Assembly: GCA_011321815.1 (NCBI GenBank)
Contig: DROS01000019.1
Location: 4,118-68,117 of the forward strand
Length of the DNA: 64,000 nt
From: Gammaproteobacteria bacterium
GTDB taxonomy: Bacteria; Pseudomonadota; Gammaproteobacteria; SZUA-152
Direction: 5' to 3'
Under the pieces are notes generated by a model. It did no database searches. It saw only the letters and a list, made by a program, of their open reading frames with translations, and was not told the DNA's origin. Below, piece after piece: positions 29,690 to 40,258 of the stretch (its first letter is position 1; every line of letters begins with the position of its first letter). The position numbers and the translations under genes are program-made.

Positions 29690-31201
29690 ATGTGCGGCAT
29701 AATCGGCATCGTTGGAACGGAAAACGTTAACCAGAATCTGTATGATGGATTAACGGTTTTACAGCACCGGGGGCAGGATGCGGCGGGCATTGTCACTTGC
29801 GACAAACGGCGTTTGTATCTGCGCAAGGATAACGGTCTGGTGCGTGATGTGTTTCGCACCCGGCACATGCGGGGGTTGCAAGGCAGCATGGGCATCGGCC
29901 ATGTGCGTTATCCTACGGCGGGCTGTTTTTCCTCTGCCGAGGCACAACCGTTTTATGTCAATTCACCGTTTGGTATTTCGCTGGCGCACAACGGTAATCT
30001 CACCAATGCTGCCGAGCTGAAACGCGACCTGTTCCGCGCTGATCGCCGGCATATCAATACCGATTCCGATTCCGAAGTGCTGCTCAACGTGTTTGCTCAT
30101 GAGCTGCAACACGAGGGCAAACTGACCTTGGATGCCAACGATATTTTTGAGGCAGTGGCCGCTGTGCACCGTCGTTGCAAGGGAGCGTATGCGGTGGTGG
30201 CGATGATTACCGGTTACGGTATTGTCGGTTTTCGTGACCCGCATGGTATCCGTCCCGTGGTGTTCGGTAAACGTGAAACATCACGTGGTGATGAGTATGT
30301 CATTGCCTCGGAAAGTGTTGCCGTGGATGCACTGGGTTTTGATTTGATGCGTGACATCGCGCCGGGAGAGGCGGTATTTGTTGATGTCAATGGCAAGATC
30401 AGTACGCGGCAATGTGCGAAAAAACCTGAAACCAGCCCCTGTATTTTTGAGCATGTATATTTTGCGCGGCCGGACTCCATCATTGATGGTATCTCTGTTT
30501 ACAAAGCGCGTCTGCGCATGGGTGAGACTCTGGCGAAGAAAATTTTACGGGTCTACCCGCAGCATGATATCGACGTGGTTATTCCGATTCCCGATACCAG
30601 CCGCACCTCGGCATTGCAGCTGTCTTATCAGCTGGGCACGGTATACCGTGAAGGATTTATCAAAAACCGGTACATCGGTCGTACGTTTATCATGCCAGGG
30701 CAAAAACAACGCAAAAAATCTGTGCGGCAAAAACTCAATGCCATTGAGCTGGAGTTTAAGGGTAAAAATGTATTATTGGTGGATGACTCCATTGTGCGTG
30801 GCACCACCTCAAAACAGATTATTCAAATGGCACGGGAAGCCGGCGCCAACAAGGTGTATTTTGCCTCGGCGGCGCCACCCGTGCGTTTCCCCAATGTGTA
30901 TGGTATCGACATGCCATCGGTGAATGAGCTGGTGGGGCATAACCGGGATGACAAACAGATTGCCGCAGTCATTGGTGCCGACTGGCTGGTTTACCAGGAC
31001 CTGAAAGACTTGATCGAAGCCACCCGCCATGGCAACCCGGCGGTGAAAGGTTTTGACACCTCGGTGTTTGATGGTGAATATATCACGGGGGATGTAACCC
31101 AAGACTATCTGGATTTTATCGAAGGCAAGCGCAGTGATGGCGCGCGTGAGAATACAGATGACGATGATAATGCAGTGATCGAATTACATAATACCGCTTA
31201 G
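29690..31201 (+). CDS. purF: Amidophosphoribosyltransferase.
   Basis: The N-terminus is MCGIIGIVG, indicating an Ntn-hydrolase with a PRTase domain. Confidence 0.95.
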   Translation: MCGIIGIVGTENVNQNLYDGLTVLQHRGQDAAGIVTCDKRRLYLRKDNGLVRDVFRTRHMRGLQGSMGIGHVRYPTAGCFSSAEAQPFYVNSPFGISLAHNGNLTNAAELKRDLFRADRRHINTDSDSEVLLNVFAHELQHEGKLTLDANDIFEAVAAVHRRCKGAYAVVAMITGYGIVGFRDPHGIRPVVFGKRETSRGDEYVIASESVAVDALGFDLMRDIAPGEAVFVDVNGKISTRQCAKKPETSPCIFEHVYFARPDSIIDGISVYKARLRMGETLAKKILRVYPQHDIDVVIPIPDTSRTSALQLSYQLGTVYREGFIKNRYIGRTFIMPGQKQRKKSVRQKLNAIELEFKGKNVLLVDDSIVRGTTSKQIIQMAREAGANKVYFASAAPPVRFPNVYGIDMPSVNELVGHNRDDKQIAAVIGADWLVYQDLKDLIEATRHGNPAVKGFDTSVFDGEYITGDVTQDYLDFIEGKRSDGARENTDDDDNAVIELHNTA

Positions 31202-31330
31202 CCGCAAAGGGCAATAGAGAAAAACTTGACGGAGTGGGCTGGTTTTACTAGTCTGCAATCTAACGCGCCGATTTGAGATCAGCTTGCGGGCGCGAAATAA
31301 ATACGGCTAAAGCGAGGTGATGAGTTTAAT

Positions 31331-31365
31331 AACCTGCTTTGGCAATGGCTGAGCAGGTTTTTTTA
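31331..31365 (+). terminator. Rho-independent terminator downstream of purF, with stem cctgcttt...agcagg followed by TTTTTTT.
   Basis: Visible in the sequence. Confidence 0.55.
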
Positions 31366-31418
31366 TGCCTGCATATAAATACCTGTTTGAAAATACAAGA
31401 GAAAATGCGAGGCAAACA

Positions 31419-32603
31419 ATGTCACACGATAATGGAGAACACTACGGGTTCGATACCTTGGCCGTACGGGCCGGGCATGAGCGTACTAACGAAGGTGAAC
31501 AGGGTGAAGCCATTTTTACCACTTCCAGTTATGTGTACAACAGTGCGGCACAAGCCGCAGCACGGTTTTCGGGTGACGAGCCAGGTAACATCTATTCGCG
31601 CTTTACCAATCCCACCGTACAGACCTTTGAAAAACGTCTGGCCGCACTGGAAGGTGGAGAACGTTGCGTGGCCACGGCATCCGGTATGGGCGCTATTCTG
31701 ACGACCTGTCTGGGTTTATTGAAGGCGGGTGACCATATTGTTTCATCACGCGCTATTTTTGGTTCTACAGTCGTGTTGTTTAACAACATTCTGGCACGGT
31801 TTGGCGTGGAAACCTCTTATGTGTCGTTGACAGATCTATCCGCGTGGGAGGCGGCCATACGCCCCGAAACCAAATTCCTGTTTTTGGAAACCCCCTCAAA
31901 CCCGATGACAGAAATTGCCGATATCCAGGCGTTGGCAGACCTGGCTCATGCCCATGGCTGTCAGCTGGTGGTGGATAATTGTTTTTGCACACCCGCGTTA
32001 CAAAAACCGCTGGCACTGGGTGCGGATATTGTTATCCATTCAGCCACCAAGTATCTGGATGGTCAGGGGCGTTGTATTGGTGGCGCCATTGTCGGTACTG
32101 AGGAGTGTGTGAGTGGGGATATCCACGGTGTAGTGCGTACCGGTGGCACTTGCATGAGCCCGTTTAATGCCTGGGTGTTTTTAAAGGGACTGGAAACGTT
32201 ACGCATCCGCATGGAGGCACACAGCCGTAATGCACAGATATTGGCGGAATGGCTGGAGCAACAGCCGGCTGTTGCCCGGGTGAATTACCCCGGCCTGGCA
32301 TCACATCCCCAGCACGAACTGGCTGCGCAGCAACAAAATGGTTTTGGCGGCGTATTGTCTTTTGTCGTGAAAGGTGGCCAGAAGGCAGCGTGGCGCGTTA
32401 TTGATAACACCCGTCTGATCTCAATCACTGCAAATTTGGGTGACACCAAGAGCACGATTACTCACCCGGCCACCACCACGCATGGTCGTATTACCCCGGA
32501 ACTGCGTGCTGAAGCTGGCATTGGTGATGGGCTGGTGCGTATAGCGGTAGGTCTGGAGGAAATCGAGGATATCCAGGCAGACCTGGAACACGGTTTGAGG
32601 TAA
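31419..32603 (+). CDS. metZ: O-succinylhomoserine sulfhydrylase / cystathionine gamma-synthase-family PLP enzyme.
   Basis: This is the Cys/Met-metabolism PLP family (SATKYLDGQG). The ATG at 31419 is internal to the ORF-track ORF. Confidence 0.8.
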   Translation: MSHDNGEHYGFDTLAVRAGHERTNEGEQGEAIFTTSSYVYNSAAQAAARFSGDEPGNIYSRFTNPTVQTFEKRLAALEGGERCVATASGMGAILTTCLGLLKAGDHIVSSRAIFGSTVVLFNNILARFGVETSYVSLTDLSAWEAAIRPETKFLFLETPSNPMTEIADIQALADLAHAHGCQLVVDNCFCTPALQKPLALGADIVIHSATKYLDGQGRCIGGAIVGTEECVSGDIHGVVRTGGTCMSPFNAWVFLKGLETLRIRMEAHSRNAQILAEWLEQQPAVARVNYPGLASHPQHELAAQQQNGFGGVLSFVVKGGQKAAWRVIDNTRLISITANLGDTKSTITHPATTTHGRITPELRAEAGIGDGLVRIAVGLEEIEDIQADLEHGLR

Positions 32604-32630
32604 GGAACCGCATTGTTAACAGAACACTGG

Positions 32631-33851
32631 CTAATGCGTAGTAATGCGTGATTTGATTGCCTGCGCCATATCTGTATTGCCAATCTCTTTGTACAGTGTA
32701 GCGAGTTCAGTTAAAACGATATCTAATACAGGCTGTGTTTCACTTTTTCCATCATCGAGTATTTCGGCGGCTTTTTTATACAAGGGCAAAGCCTGCGCAA
32801 AAAGCGCGATTTTCCGCTGTGTGGTATCTGCCAGGGCGGCAGAATTATTATTGGTTGGTATGATATTGGACTCGAAAGATGTCTGATCCTGCTCTTCGAT
32901 ACGTGCCTGGGCGTGATAAATATTGGCCAGGGTATACATCAGCAATGCCAATTGCGGGTCTGATGAGCCCAGTATATGTTGCGCAATATTCAAGGCTTCT
33001 TCATAGGCATGGCTGGCAGGGCTGTATTCACCTTGTTCGAGATAGCTTGTGCCCAGACTGATGAGTGTCTGGGCAACCTCTTCATGTTGGACGCCAAAAA
33101 CAGATTTTTTGAAAACAAGCATACGTTGCAGGATGTTTATGGCTTTGTTGTGTTTTCCTTGTGCACGGTAAATGCCACTCAGATTGCTGAGTGCATTGCC
33201 GACATAAGGATGTGTAGGCCCCACACTTGCCGACCATAAGCTGATTGCCTGCTGGTAAAAAGTTGCTGCCTGTTCATATTTATGTTGGCTTTCGTACAGC
33301 ACCGCCAGATTGTAAGTTGATTGTGCAATTGCGGGATCATCTGCATGGAAGGCATTTTTGCGAATATTCAAGGCCTGTTGATGATACTTTTCAGATAGCT
33401 CGGGGCGTTGTAATTCAAAATAAACATTGCCGAGATTTGTCATGATCACCGCAAGATCGGGGTGATTTTGGCTGAGTTGCTCTTCAAGTATACGCAATGC
33501 TTCCTGTAAACGGTCTTCCGCTTTGTGCAGGTGTCCTAATGTTTGGTTGATAATGCCGAGTTTTAATAATGCATCAGCAGTATTTACATCATTTGGGCCA
33601 AAGTTCTTGTTGGCAATATCGTGAGCACGCTGGGCGGCAAAAAGCGCATTCTGGTAATCACCTTCTTCATAATAACGGATGAAATAGCTGGTCAGGTCGA
33701 TCCAAATGGTTTCAGCCAGCTCTGTTGTTTCATGGAAAGAACGAATGTTTGTTTCTTGTTCTGTTGTTGAATTAAGTGTCGGGTTGACAGAAGCAAAGAG
33801 AATGCCTGGTGCAAGCAGAAAAAAAATAAAATAAAATGTACACTGTTTCAT
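32631..33851 (-). CDS. Secreted tetratricopeptide-repeat protein.
   Basis: The signal peptide is MKQCTFYFIFFLLAPGILFASV. Repeated TPR units follow (A..Y..A..Y..G..). Confidence 0.7.
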   Translation of the reverse strand: MKQCTFYFIFFLLAPGILFASVNPTLNSTTEQETNIRSFHETTELAETIWIDLTSYFIRYYEEGDYQNALFAAQRAHDIANKNFGPNDVNTADALLKLGIINQTLGHLHKAEDRLQEALRILEEQLSQNHPDLAVIMTNLGNVYFELQRPELSEKYHQQALNIRKNAFHADDPAIAQSTYNLAVLYESQHKYEQAATFYQQAISLWSASVGPTHPYVGNALSNLSGIYRAQGKHNKAINILQRMLVFKKSVFGVQHEEVAQTLISLGTSYLEQGEYSPASHAYEEALNIAQHILGSSDPQLALLMYTLANIYHAQARIEEQDQTSFESNIIPTNNNSAALADTTQRKIALFAQALPLYKKAAEILDDGKSETQPVLDIVLTELATLYKEIGNTDMAQAIKSRITTH

Positions 33852-34301
33852 CCGCAGGTGAATGAGAGCCGGGCGTGCATATTTTTCCCAAGGGTTATAC
33901 ATTTTACTGTGCCTTTGTATCCCGGGTATAACATGTTTCGTGATTGTTAATCCGGTCAGTTTGAACGATGCCGTAAAAATGCATCGCTTATCCTGCATAT
34001 CGGCCAACGCAAGGAGCGCTTTAGCACAGCCTCTATGGCGAATGGTTGAGAGAGCGCATTAACTTTTTGATAAGGAACGTGCACGTTTCTAATACACATC
34101 ATTTCGCCTCGCCATGAAGAAAATATGGTGCACACTTATAACCTCAATCCCAAACGCTGCGGGTATATGTGGCCACTTTTAAAGCGGGAAATTATTTTTT
34201 CTGTTTATCAACAGGATAGGATGGCTATTCAGCAGGTGACAAAAATCAGGCAGGCATCTGTGTTTTGAGGTTCAATGTTCTGCGGTAGATTACGAGGTCG
34301 T

Positions 34302-37300
34302 TTATTGCGGCTTACCCGTTTCAGTGGATATTTTTTGAAGTTTGGCAAGGCTGGTTTCTGTGCGCAGCACGAGACCGTTGGCATTCTGTTGTTTGGCAAT
34401 GGCCAGGGATTCATTGAAATATTGTTCTGCAAGGCTGTGATTGTCAGCGCCGTTTTCCATGGCAAAATCACCCTTGATACGCAGTAGCTCCGCAGTAAAA
34501 AACCCCTCGCCAGTAAAAGCCGTTTCGCGCAGCGCAGACTCGATAGTCAGACGGGCTTTATCGGTTTTTCCTGCATCACGCAAAAGCTCTGCCAGAAGGG
34601 CCTGAAAATAAGAGCGGGCGAGTCGGTTACCGGATTTTTCGTAATCGCGCAGCGCTTGTTGAAACCGTTCACAAATACTGTCGGCCGGTTGTTCTGTTGA
34701 TTCCGCCCAAGCCTTCAGCATACGGCCTGTCGCTGCCCAGAATGAAAAACCATAGGTTTCACTCAGTGCTATTTGTGCATCAGCATAGCGGTAAGTCGCT
34801 TTATGGTCACCACAAAGCTGGGACAGGGTACCCATGAAATGCAGGGCATAGGCCTGACTGAATGGGTGTGCAAGGCGTTTGGCCAAATCCAGCGCGGCCT
34901 GGCCGCGCGTCAGTGCCTGGTCTGTTTTCCCAAGCAACCATAAAACGCATGCAGCATTGGCAAGAGAAGCCACCTGTGCATTCTGGCTATAGGCCACCAG
35001 TGTTGCCTGTGGGTGAGCCTGCCCGGTTTGCGGTTCGATGTGACGTTCAAGATTTTCCAATGCCTCGGAAAAATTACCTTTCCAAAAAAGCGTGGTGCCT
35101 ATGGCGCGTTTTGCTTCCAGTAAAAACTCCGGAATGTTGGATTGTGCAGCATATTGCTGTAGCTCATCGGCAAGCTTGTGTGCTTTTTCCAGCTCTGCGC
35201 GGACAATATAAAATTCCCACAAGCCACATAATACGGGAAACACAATACTGGTGTCCGTGATGTTTTGGCACAGGCTGTAAGCACGGGCATAGGCTTTTTC
35301 CACCTCGGGTGCGGCATAGCCTTTGCTCATCATGCTGGCCAGCCCCAGGGTGGTTTGCAAGGCCAGCTCGTGCCTATTTAACCCGGGTGATTCGGGCATT
35401 TTTTTAATCAGGGCGAGGCCCTTTTTGAGATGTTCGATGGCTTCAATATTGGCAGAGTGTTGAATCGCGGAATTGCCTGCGGATAACCAGTAATACAATG
35501 CATCTCCATTGTTTCCGGCTTCAGTATAATGATGGGCAAGAATCTCCGGGTTATCGGTAACAAGCTGTGGGAATTTTTCCTTGATAAGTGTGGAAATACG
35601 TTGGTGGTATTTTTGACGGGTACGCTTTAATAATGATTGATAAGCGGCTTCCCGTACCAGGGCATGCTGAAAGCGGTAATGTGCTTTGGGTGGCTTGCCG
35701 TTCTGGACAAATAATTCGGCATTGATAAGCCGGCTCATACTGGATTGCAGGTTGGGCTCACTTTGCAAAGCAGCGGCGAGCAATAGTTCGTAGGTGAATT
35801 CACGTCCCAGTGTGGCGCTTAATTGTGCCAGCTCTTTGTCATCACCGAGGTTGTCCAGGCGTGACATGAGCGAATCCTGTAGTGTGCTGGGGATTTCCAG
35901 TTGGGACATATGGTGTCCAAGCTCAAAATGATCCTCTTTTTCCACCAGCAGCGAAGACCGTAGCACGGCATTGGTCAGTTCCTCGACAAAAAAGGGAATG
36001 CCGTCTGTTTTGTTGGTGATTTCGGCAAACACTTCCAAGGGGAGCGTTTTCCCCCGGCATAGCTGCCTGATCATACTGCCTGATTGTTTTTGGGTAAGGC
36101 GATTGAGCGTAATCTGTGTCAGGCAGGTGCGATTTTTCCAGGGGGGAGCGAAGTCGTTGCGGAAGGTGATAAGGGTAAAAATGTTGCTTAGCCCAGGCTG
36201 ATCAACGAGTAATGACAACAGCTCAATAGTGGAAGGGTCTATCCATTGCAAATCCTCCACGACCAGCAACACAAAACGTTGTTGGGCGACAGCCTGTAAA
36301 ATATCAATGAGCACATCAAAGGTTTGCTGCTTTTTTTGCTGCGGAGTGGAGTTTGTTCCGGCAGCGTCGGCAATTGTTTTTCCTGGAAGGGAAATTGATA
36401 ACAGTTCAGCTAAAACAGGGGTAACTGTTTTGGGTTCCATACCCAGAGTAGCGATGGTTTTTTCGATACGCGAAATCTGTTTTTGCGGGGGATCATCTTC
36501 GGTCAGGCCGATAATGCGCCTTGCCATGTCCATAATGGGATAAAGAAAGCTGTTTTTATAGTAGAGGGCGCCATAGCAATCCAGAAAAAGACAATTTTCA
36601 TTTTCCACTTTTTCGCAAACCATCTGCACCATGCGTGTTTTTCCCAGTCCGGGTTCACCGCTGAGCAGAACAACCTGCCCAACCCCTTTGCGTGCCTGAT
36701 TGAGTCTTTCTATTAACAGACCGGTTTCCTGATCCCGTCCGATAAGCATGGCATGGGCAGGGCGTTTGGTTTTGATAAATCGGTTTTTGTTGCCACGGAT
36801 CTGTTGTACGTGAAAAAGGTTGAAAGGGTGGGAGAAGCCTTTCAACATGTGGGTACCCAGTGTTTGACATTCAAAACGCTGACCTAATAACTGATGTGTG
36901 CTGCCACTGATCACCACCGTGTTTTCACTGGCGTAGCCCTGAAGTCGTGCAGCAATATTGGGCGTTTCGCCCAAGGCCATTGAACGTGTGTCGCCACCGC
37001 CGATTTCACCGATAACCACCAGGCCGGTGTGAATGCCAATACGGACGGCAAGTTGTATGTCACCGCTTTGTTGTGTGGAGTAAACCTGTTTCGGGACATG
37101 TTTGACCATTTCCAGCGCGGCGAAGGTGGCGCGCTGTGCATCGTCTTCATGTGCGTGGGGGTAACCAAAATAAACCAGTATCCCATCACCGAGGTATTGC
37201 GCAACATAACCACCATAATCATTGACAATGTCATTGCAGGTGTTGCGGTAGTCGCGCATGATATCGCGCAGTTCTTCCGGGTCAATGCGCTCAGAAAGCG

Positions 37301-37562
37301 CAGAGGAATCGACGATGTCGCAAAACAATACGGTGAGTTGGCGACGTTCTGCATCTTGCTGCCTGAGTGTCTGTGTTGATGTAGTGTGATGATGGTCAGT
37401 CTTTTGTGTTTTGCTCAGGCGGGTGGCACATTGTCCACAGAACTCGAAATCAAATGGATTGCTAAAGCTGCAATTGGGACAAATGGTATTCAGCGGCGTG
37501 GCGCACTGCCCACAAAAGTGCATACCCTCTGGATTATTGAACCCACATTTTTCGCAGAGCAT
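34302..37562 (-). CDS. Multidomain signalling protein. It has an N-terminal double zinc ribbon, a class III adenylate/guanylate cyclase domain, a STAND/NB-ARC-like AAA ATPase and C-terminal TPR repeats.
   Basis: The zinc ribbon reads CEKCGFNNPEGMHFCGQC...CPNCSF...CGQC. The cyclase motifs are LTVLFCDIVDSSALSE and RIGIHTGLVVIGEIG. The P-loop is LLSGEPGLGKTRM. A long TPR region follows. An internal ATG at 37562 has an AGGAAA RBS. Confidence 0.8.
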   Translation of the reverse strand: MLCEKCGFNNPEGMHFCGQCATPLNTICPNCSFSNPFDFEFCGQCATRLSKTQKTDHHHTTSTQTLRQQDAERRQLTVLFCDIVDSSALSERIDPEELRDIMRDYRNTCNDIVNDYGGYVAQYLGDGILVYFGYPHAHEDDAQRATFAALEMVKHVPKQVYSTQQSGDIQLAVRIGIHTGLVVIGEIGGGDTRSMALGETPNIAARLQGYASENTVVISGSTHQLLGQRFECQTLGTHMLKGFSHPFNLFHVQQIRGNKNRFIKTKRPAHAMLIGRDQETGLLIERLNQARKGVGQVVLLSGEPGLGKTRMVQMVCEKVENENCLFLDCYGALYYKNSFLYPIMDMARRIIGLTEDDPPQKQISRIEKTIATLGMEPKTVTPVLAELLSISLPGKTIADAAGTNSTPQQKKQQTFDVLIDILQAVAQQRFVLLVVEDLQWIDPSTIELLSLLVDQPGLSNIFTLITFRNDFAPPWKNRTCLTQITLNRLTQKQSGSMIRQLCRGKTLPLEVFAEITNKTDGIPFFVEELTNAVLRSSLLVEKEDHFELGHHMSQLEIPSTLQDSLMSRLDNLGDDKELAQLSATLGREFTYELLLAAALQSEPNLQSSMSRLINAELFVQNGKPPKAHYRFQHALVREAAYQSLLKRTRQKYHQRISTLIKEKFPQLVTDNPEILAHHYTEAGNNGDALYYWLSAGNSAIQHSANIEAIEHLKKGLALIKKMPESPGLNRHELALQTTLGLASMMSKGYAAPEVEKAYARAYSLCQNITDTSIVFPVLCGLWEFYIVRAELEKAHKLADELQQYAAQSNIPEFLLEAKRAIGTTLFWKGNFSEALENLERHIEPQTGQAHPQATLVAYSQNAQVASLANAACVLWLLGKTDQALTRGQAALDLAKRLAHPFSQAYALHFMGTLSQLCGDHKATYRYADAQIALSETYGFSFWAATGRMLKAWAESTEQPADSICERFQQALRDYEKSGNRLARSYFQALLAELLRDAGKTDKARLTIESALRETAFTGEGFFTAELLRIKGDFAMENGADNHSLAEQYFNESLAIAKQQNANGLVLRTETSLAKLQKISTETGKPQ

Positions 37563-37661
37563 GGCAGAATTTTCCTGGTTTGCCGGTATATGCGGAAGGA
37601 GGATACCCATCCCCTCTGTGTTCAGCAAGGCGAGTGGATAAAGAATAAAACAGGAGAAAAC

Positions 37662-38897
37662 ATGAGTTTGGCCCGTAAGCACCTTTTACAAATTTATCAA
37701 GCCGCATTAGCGGCCGTACAGGGGGGCGATTGCACGCAACGGGCGTTGTCGGGCTATGATCCGGGTGGGCCGGTTGCGGTGATTGCCATGGGCAAGGCAG
37801 CGTCGAGCATGATGCAGGGTGCAATGGTGATACTGGGGGACGCTTTTGATGAAGGGCTGTTGATCACCAAGGAAGGGCATTGTGATACGTCGCTACAAGG
37901 CATAGAAAATATCCGGTGCCTGGAATCAGCACACCCTGTGCCGGATCAACGCAGTTTGTATGCCGGCCAAACCCTGTTGGAATTTATAGCTGCACAATCG
38001 GTGCAACATGATTTTATCTTTTTGATTTCCGGTGGTACCTCTTCGCTGGTGGAGATATTGCCGGATGGGTTATGTCTGGAGGATTTGCGTAAAGTAAACC
38101 AATGGTTGCTAGGTAGTGGTTTGAATATCACCGCGATGAATTGTGTGCGCAAATCGCTGTCGTGTATCAAGGGGGGACGCCTGGCGCAGCGGCTTGTGGG
38201 ACGTCACGTAAACTGCCTGATGATTTCCGATGTGCCGGATAATTCACCGCACGTGATTGGCTCGGGTTTTTTGAGCCCGGATAACAGTGACAGATCACAA
38301 CCTGACGATATACCGGAGTGGATTAAAAAATTGCCCAAGGCCCCACCTGCGCCTTTGTTGGGCGATACTTGTTTCGATACGATTGATGTGCGTGTCATTG
38401 CAAAACTTGAAGATGCTATGCAGGCCGCAAAAAAAGAGGCAGTGGCTTTGGGGTATGAGGTTTATTTACATGAGGCGTTAATCACAGGTGATGCACAGCT
38501 TGCAGGGCAGCAGTTGGCCCATGCCTTGTGCAATGGCGAATCCGGTTTGCATATCTGGGGCGGGGAAACAACAGTGTGTTTGCCAGACAACCCTGGATAT
38601 GGTGGCCGCAATCAGCAGTTAGCATTGGCAGCCGCAGTAGAATTGAGCGGCATGGAAGAATGTTATTTTTTAGCCGCAGGCACTGATGGTAGTGATGGGC
38701 CGACAGAAGCTGCCGGTGCTTTGGTGGGCGGGGATACTCTTCAACGCGGGGCACAGGCCGGGTTTGATGTGCAACAAGCACTGGCCGCGGCAAATGCGGG
38801 TGGGTTCTTGCAGGCCAGCGATGACTTGGTCATCACCGGGCCCACAGGCACCAATGTGATGGATTTGATTCTGGCCATCAAATTGCCGACGGCATGA
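37662..38897 (+). CDS. Glycerate kinase of the MOFRL / glycerate-2-kinase (TtuD-like) family.
   Basis: The motif DFIFLISGGTSSLVE is present. The ATG at 37662 is preceded by AGGAGA. The ORF-track ORF extends upstream, antisense to the neighbouring gene. Confidence 0.75.
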   Translation: MSLARKHLLQIYQAALAAVQGGDCTQRALSGYDPGGPVAVIAMGKAASSMMQGAMVILGDAFDEGLLITKEGHCDTSLQGIENIRCLESAHPVPDQRSLYAGQTLLEFIAAQSVQHDFIFLISGGTSSLVEILPDGLCLEDLRKVNQWLLGSGLNITAMNCVRKSLSCIKGGRLAQRLVGRHVNCLMISDVPDNSPHVIGSGFLSPDNSDRSQPDDIPEWIKKLPKAPPAPLLGDTCFDTIDVRVIAKLEDAMQAAKKEAVALGYEVYLHEALITGDAQLAGQQLAHALCNGESGLHIWGGETTVCLPDNPGYGGRNQQLALAAAVELSGMEECYFLAAGTDGSDGPTEAAGALVGGDTLQRGAQAGFDVQQALAAANAGGFLQASDDLVITGPTGTNVMDLILAIKLPTA

Positions 38898-38912
38898 GTT
38901 CAGCAGAAAATA

Positions 38913-39869
38913 ATGACTGATATCGTATTGCCTTATGGACATCCTGTGGTGCGCGATCTCGCCTGGGTGATGGCCTCCCCCGGTTTATTGCAGGCGGCTC
39001 CGGAAGGGCAGGCCTTGGTGACAGATGACTGGTGTCGGCATGTTTACACAACACATGAAAATCATCTGCGCCAGCTGGATGAAAATCCTGCGCCTTTGTT
39101 AGATGCATTATCGAAATGTAAAAGTCATCGTCTGGGTATCTATTTTGAGTGCCTTTTACATTACTGGTTGAAAACTGTTTTATGCGTGCAACAATTGAAA
39201 CATAATGTCCCCGTTTTCCAATTGCAGGAAACGGGCGGCAAGCGTACTCTGGGAGAGTTTGATTTTTTATTTCGGGCGGCTGAACAAAAATCGGTGCAAC
39301 ACTGGGAGGCCACGGTAAAATTCTATTTGCAAAAAACAGACGATAACGGTCAGTCTTACTGGGTTGGGCCGGGTAACCGGGATCGTTTTGATATAAAGCT
39401 GGATCGTTTGTTTCGGCATCAACTTAAGTTGCCAGATTTTCCTGAAGCGCAAGCGTGTTTGATGCGTATGGGGGCAGGACCGGCCCGGTCCGCTGCCTTT
39501 ATCAAGGGTTATCTGTTTTACCCACTTGATGAAACCGGAGCGTTTTTTCCGGAACAGGTTGATGCCGTTACGCTGGCGCCCTACGGGCTGTCTGCCAGTC
39601 ATCACAAAGGCTGGTGGCTGCACTGGAAAAAAATGCCAGTGCCCGTCACAACGGTTGACCCACGTTGGGTGGTTTTGCCCAAACTTCGCTGGTTGTCGCC
39701 GGTGTGTCATGAACCAGCGGAAGCAACGTTGATGGATATAAATGCGTTGATGGAACATTGTGAAACACACTTCCGTTACCAGGACAGCCCGTTGCTGGTG
39801 GCGGAGTTAAGTTGGCAATCCCCCGTCTGGCTGGAGGTGTCACGCGGGTTTGTATTGGCATCTAGCTGA
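38913..39869 (+). CDS. DUF1853-like hypothetical protein with a possible PD-(D/E)xK-type core (GEFDFLF...HWEATVKFY).
   Basis: The translation has a D...E.K arrangement. The family assignment is from memory. Confidence 0.45.
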   Translation: MTDIVLPYGHPVVRDLAWVMASPGLLQAAPEGQALVTDDWCRHVYTTHENHLRQLDENPAPLLDALSKCKSHRLGIYFECLLHYWLKTVLCVQQLKHNVPVFQLQETGGKRTLGEFDFLFRAAEQKSVQHWEATVKFYLQKTDDNGQSYWVGPGNRDRFDIKLDRLFRHQLKLPDFPEAQACLMRMGAGPARSAAFIKGYLFYPLDETGAFFPEQVDAVTLAPYGLSASHHKGWWLHWKKMPVPVTTVDPRWVVLPKLRWLSPVCHEPAEATLMDINALMEHCETHFRYQDSPLLVAELSWQSPVWLEVSRGFVLASS

Positions 39870-40072
39870 AATATTTAAAGAAAATTGACTATTTTCCGAT
39901 AGTTTTAAACGAATGCGTGATGTGTTTCACAAAAACAGTGTGTATCCAGTCACGGGGGCGTGTGCTTGAGTAGACGACACACATACTGTGGCCAGGAGTG
40001 CGTGGTAAACAATGTGGCAGGGGACCGAAATCACGAGTTACCCGCCTGGAATTATGCAACAGGGGGCAGAAA

Positions 40073-40258
40073 ATGAAGTTTTTATCCAGATTGGACCCGA
40101 TGACGGTGTTACTGTTGGTCGTGATATTTGGCGTGGTGATCACCATGTCGGCCCAGGTTGCGAGCCAACCGCCAGCCAGCAAAGCAACAACAGCACAGGT
40201 TATACCGGCTGACCCGGCAGATCAGGCAGCCGCCAAAAATCACCCGGGCGAATCCTGA
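40073..40258 (+). CDS. Small secreted or membrane protein of 61 aa.
   Basis: The ATG follows AGGGGG. The sequence MKFLSRLDPMTVLLLVVIFGVVITMSA is hydrophobic and is followed by a Pro/Ala/Gln-rich tail. Confidence 0.3.
   Translation: MKFLSRLDPMTVLLLVVIFGVVITMSAQVASQPPASKATTAQVIPADPADQAAAKNHPGES

Noticed and set aside
31202-31418. Possible SAM-type riboswitch in the 217-nt leader upstream of the metZ-like gene.
   Set aside because: I cannot recognise the conserved SAM-I or SAM-II core by eye. Only a purF terminator hairpin is evident. A covariance-model scan (Infernal/Rfam) would be needed.
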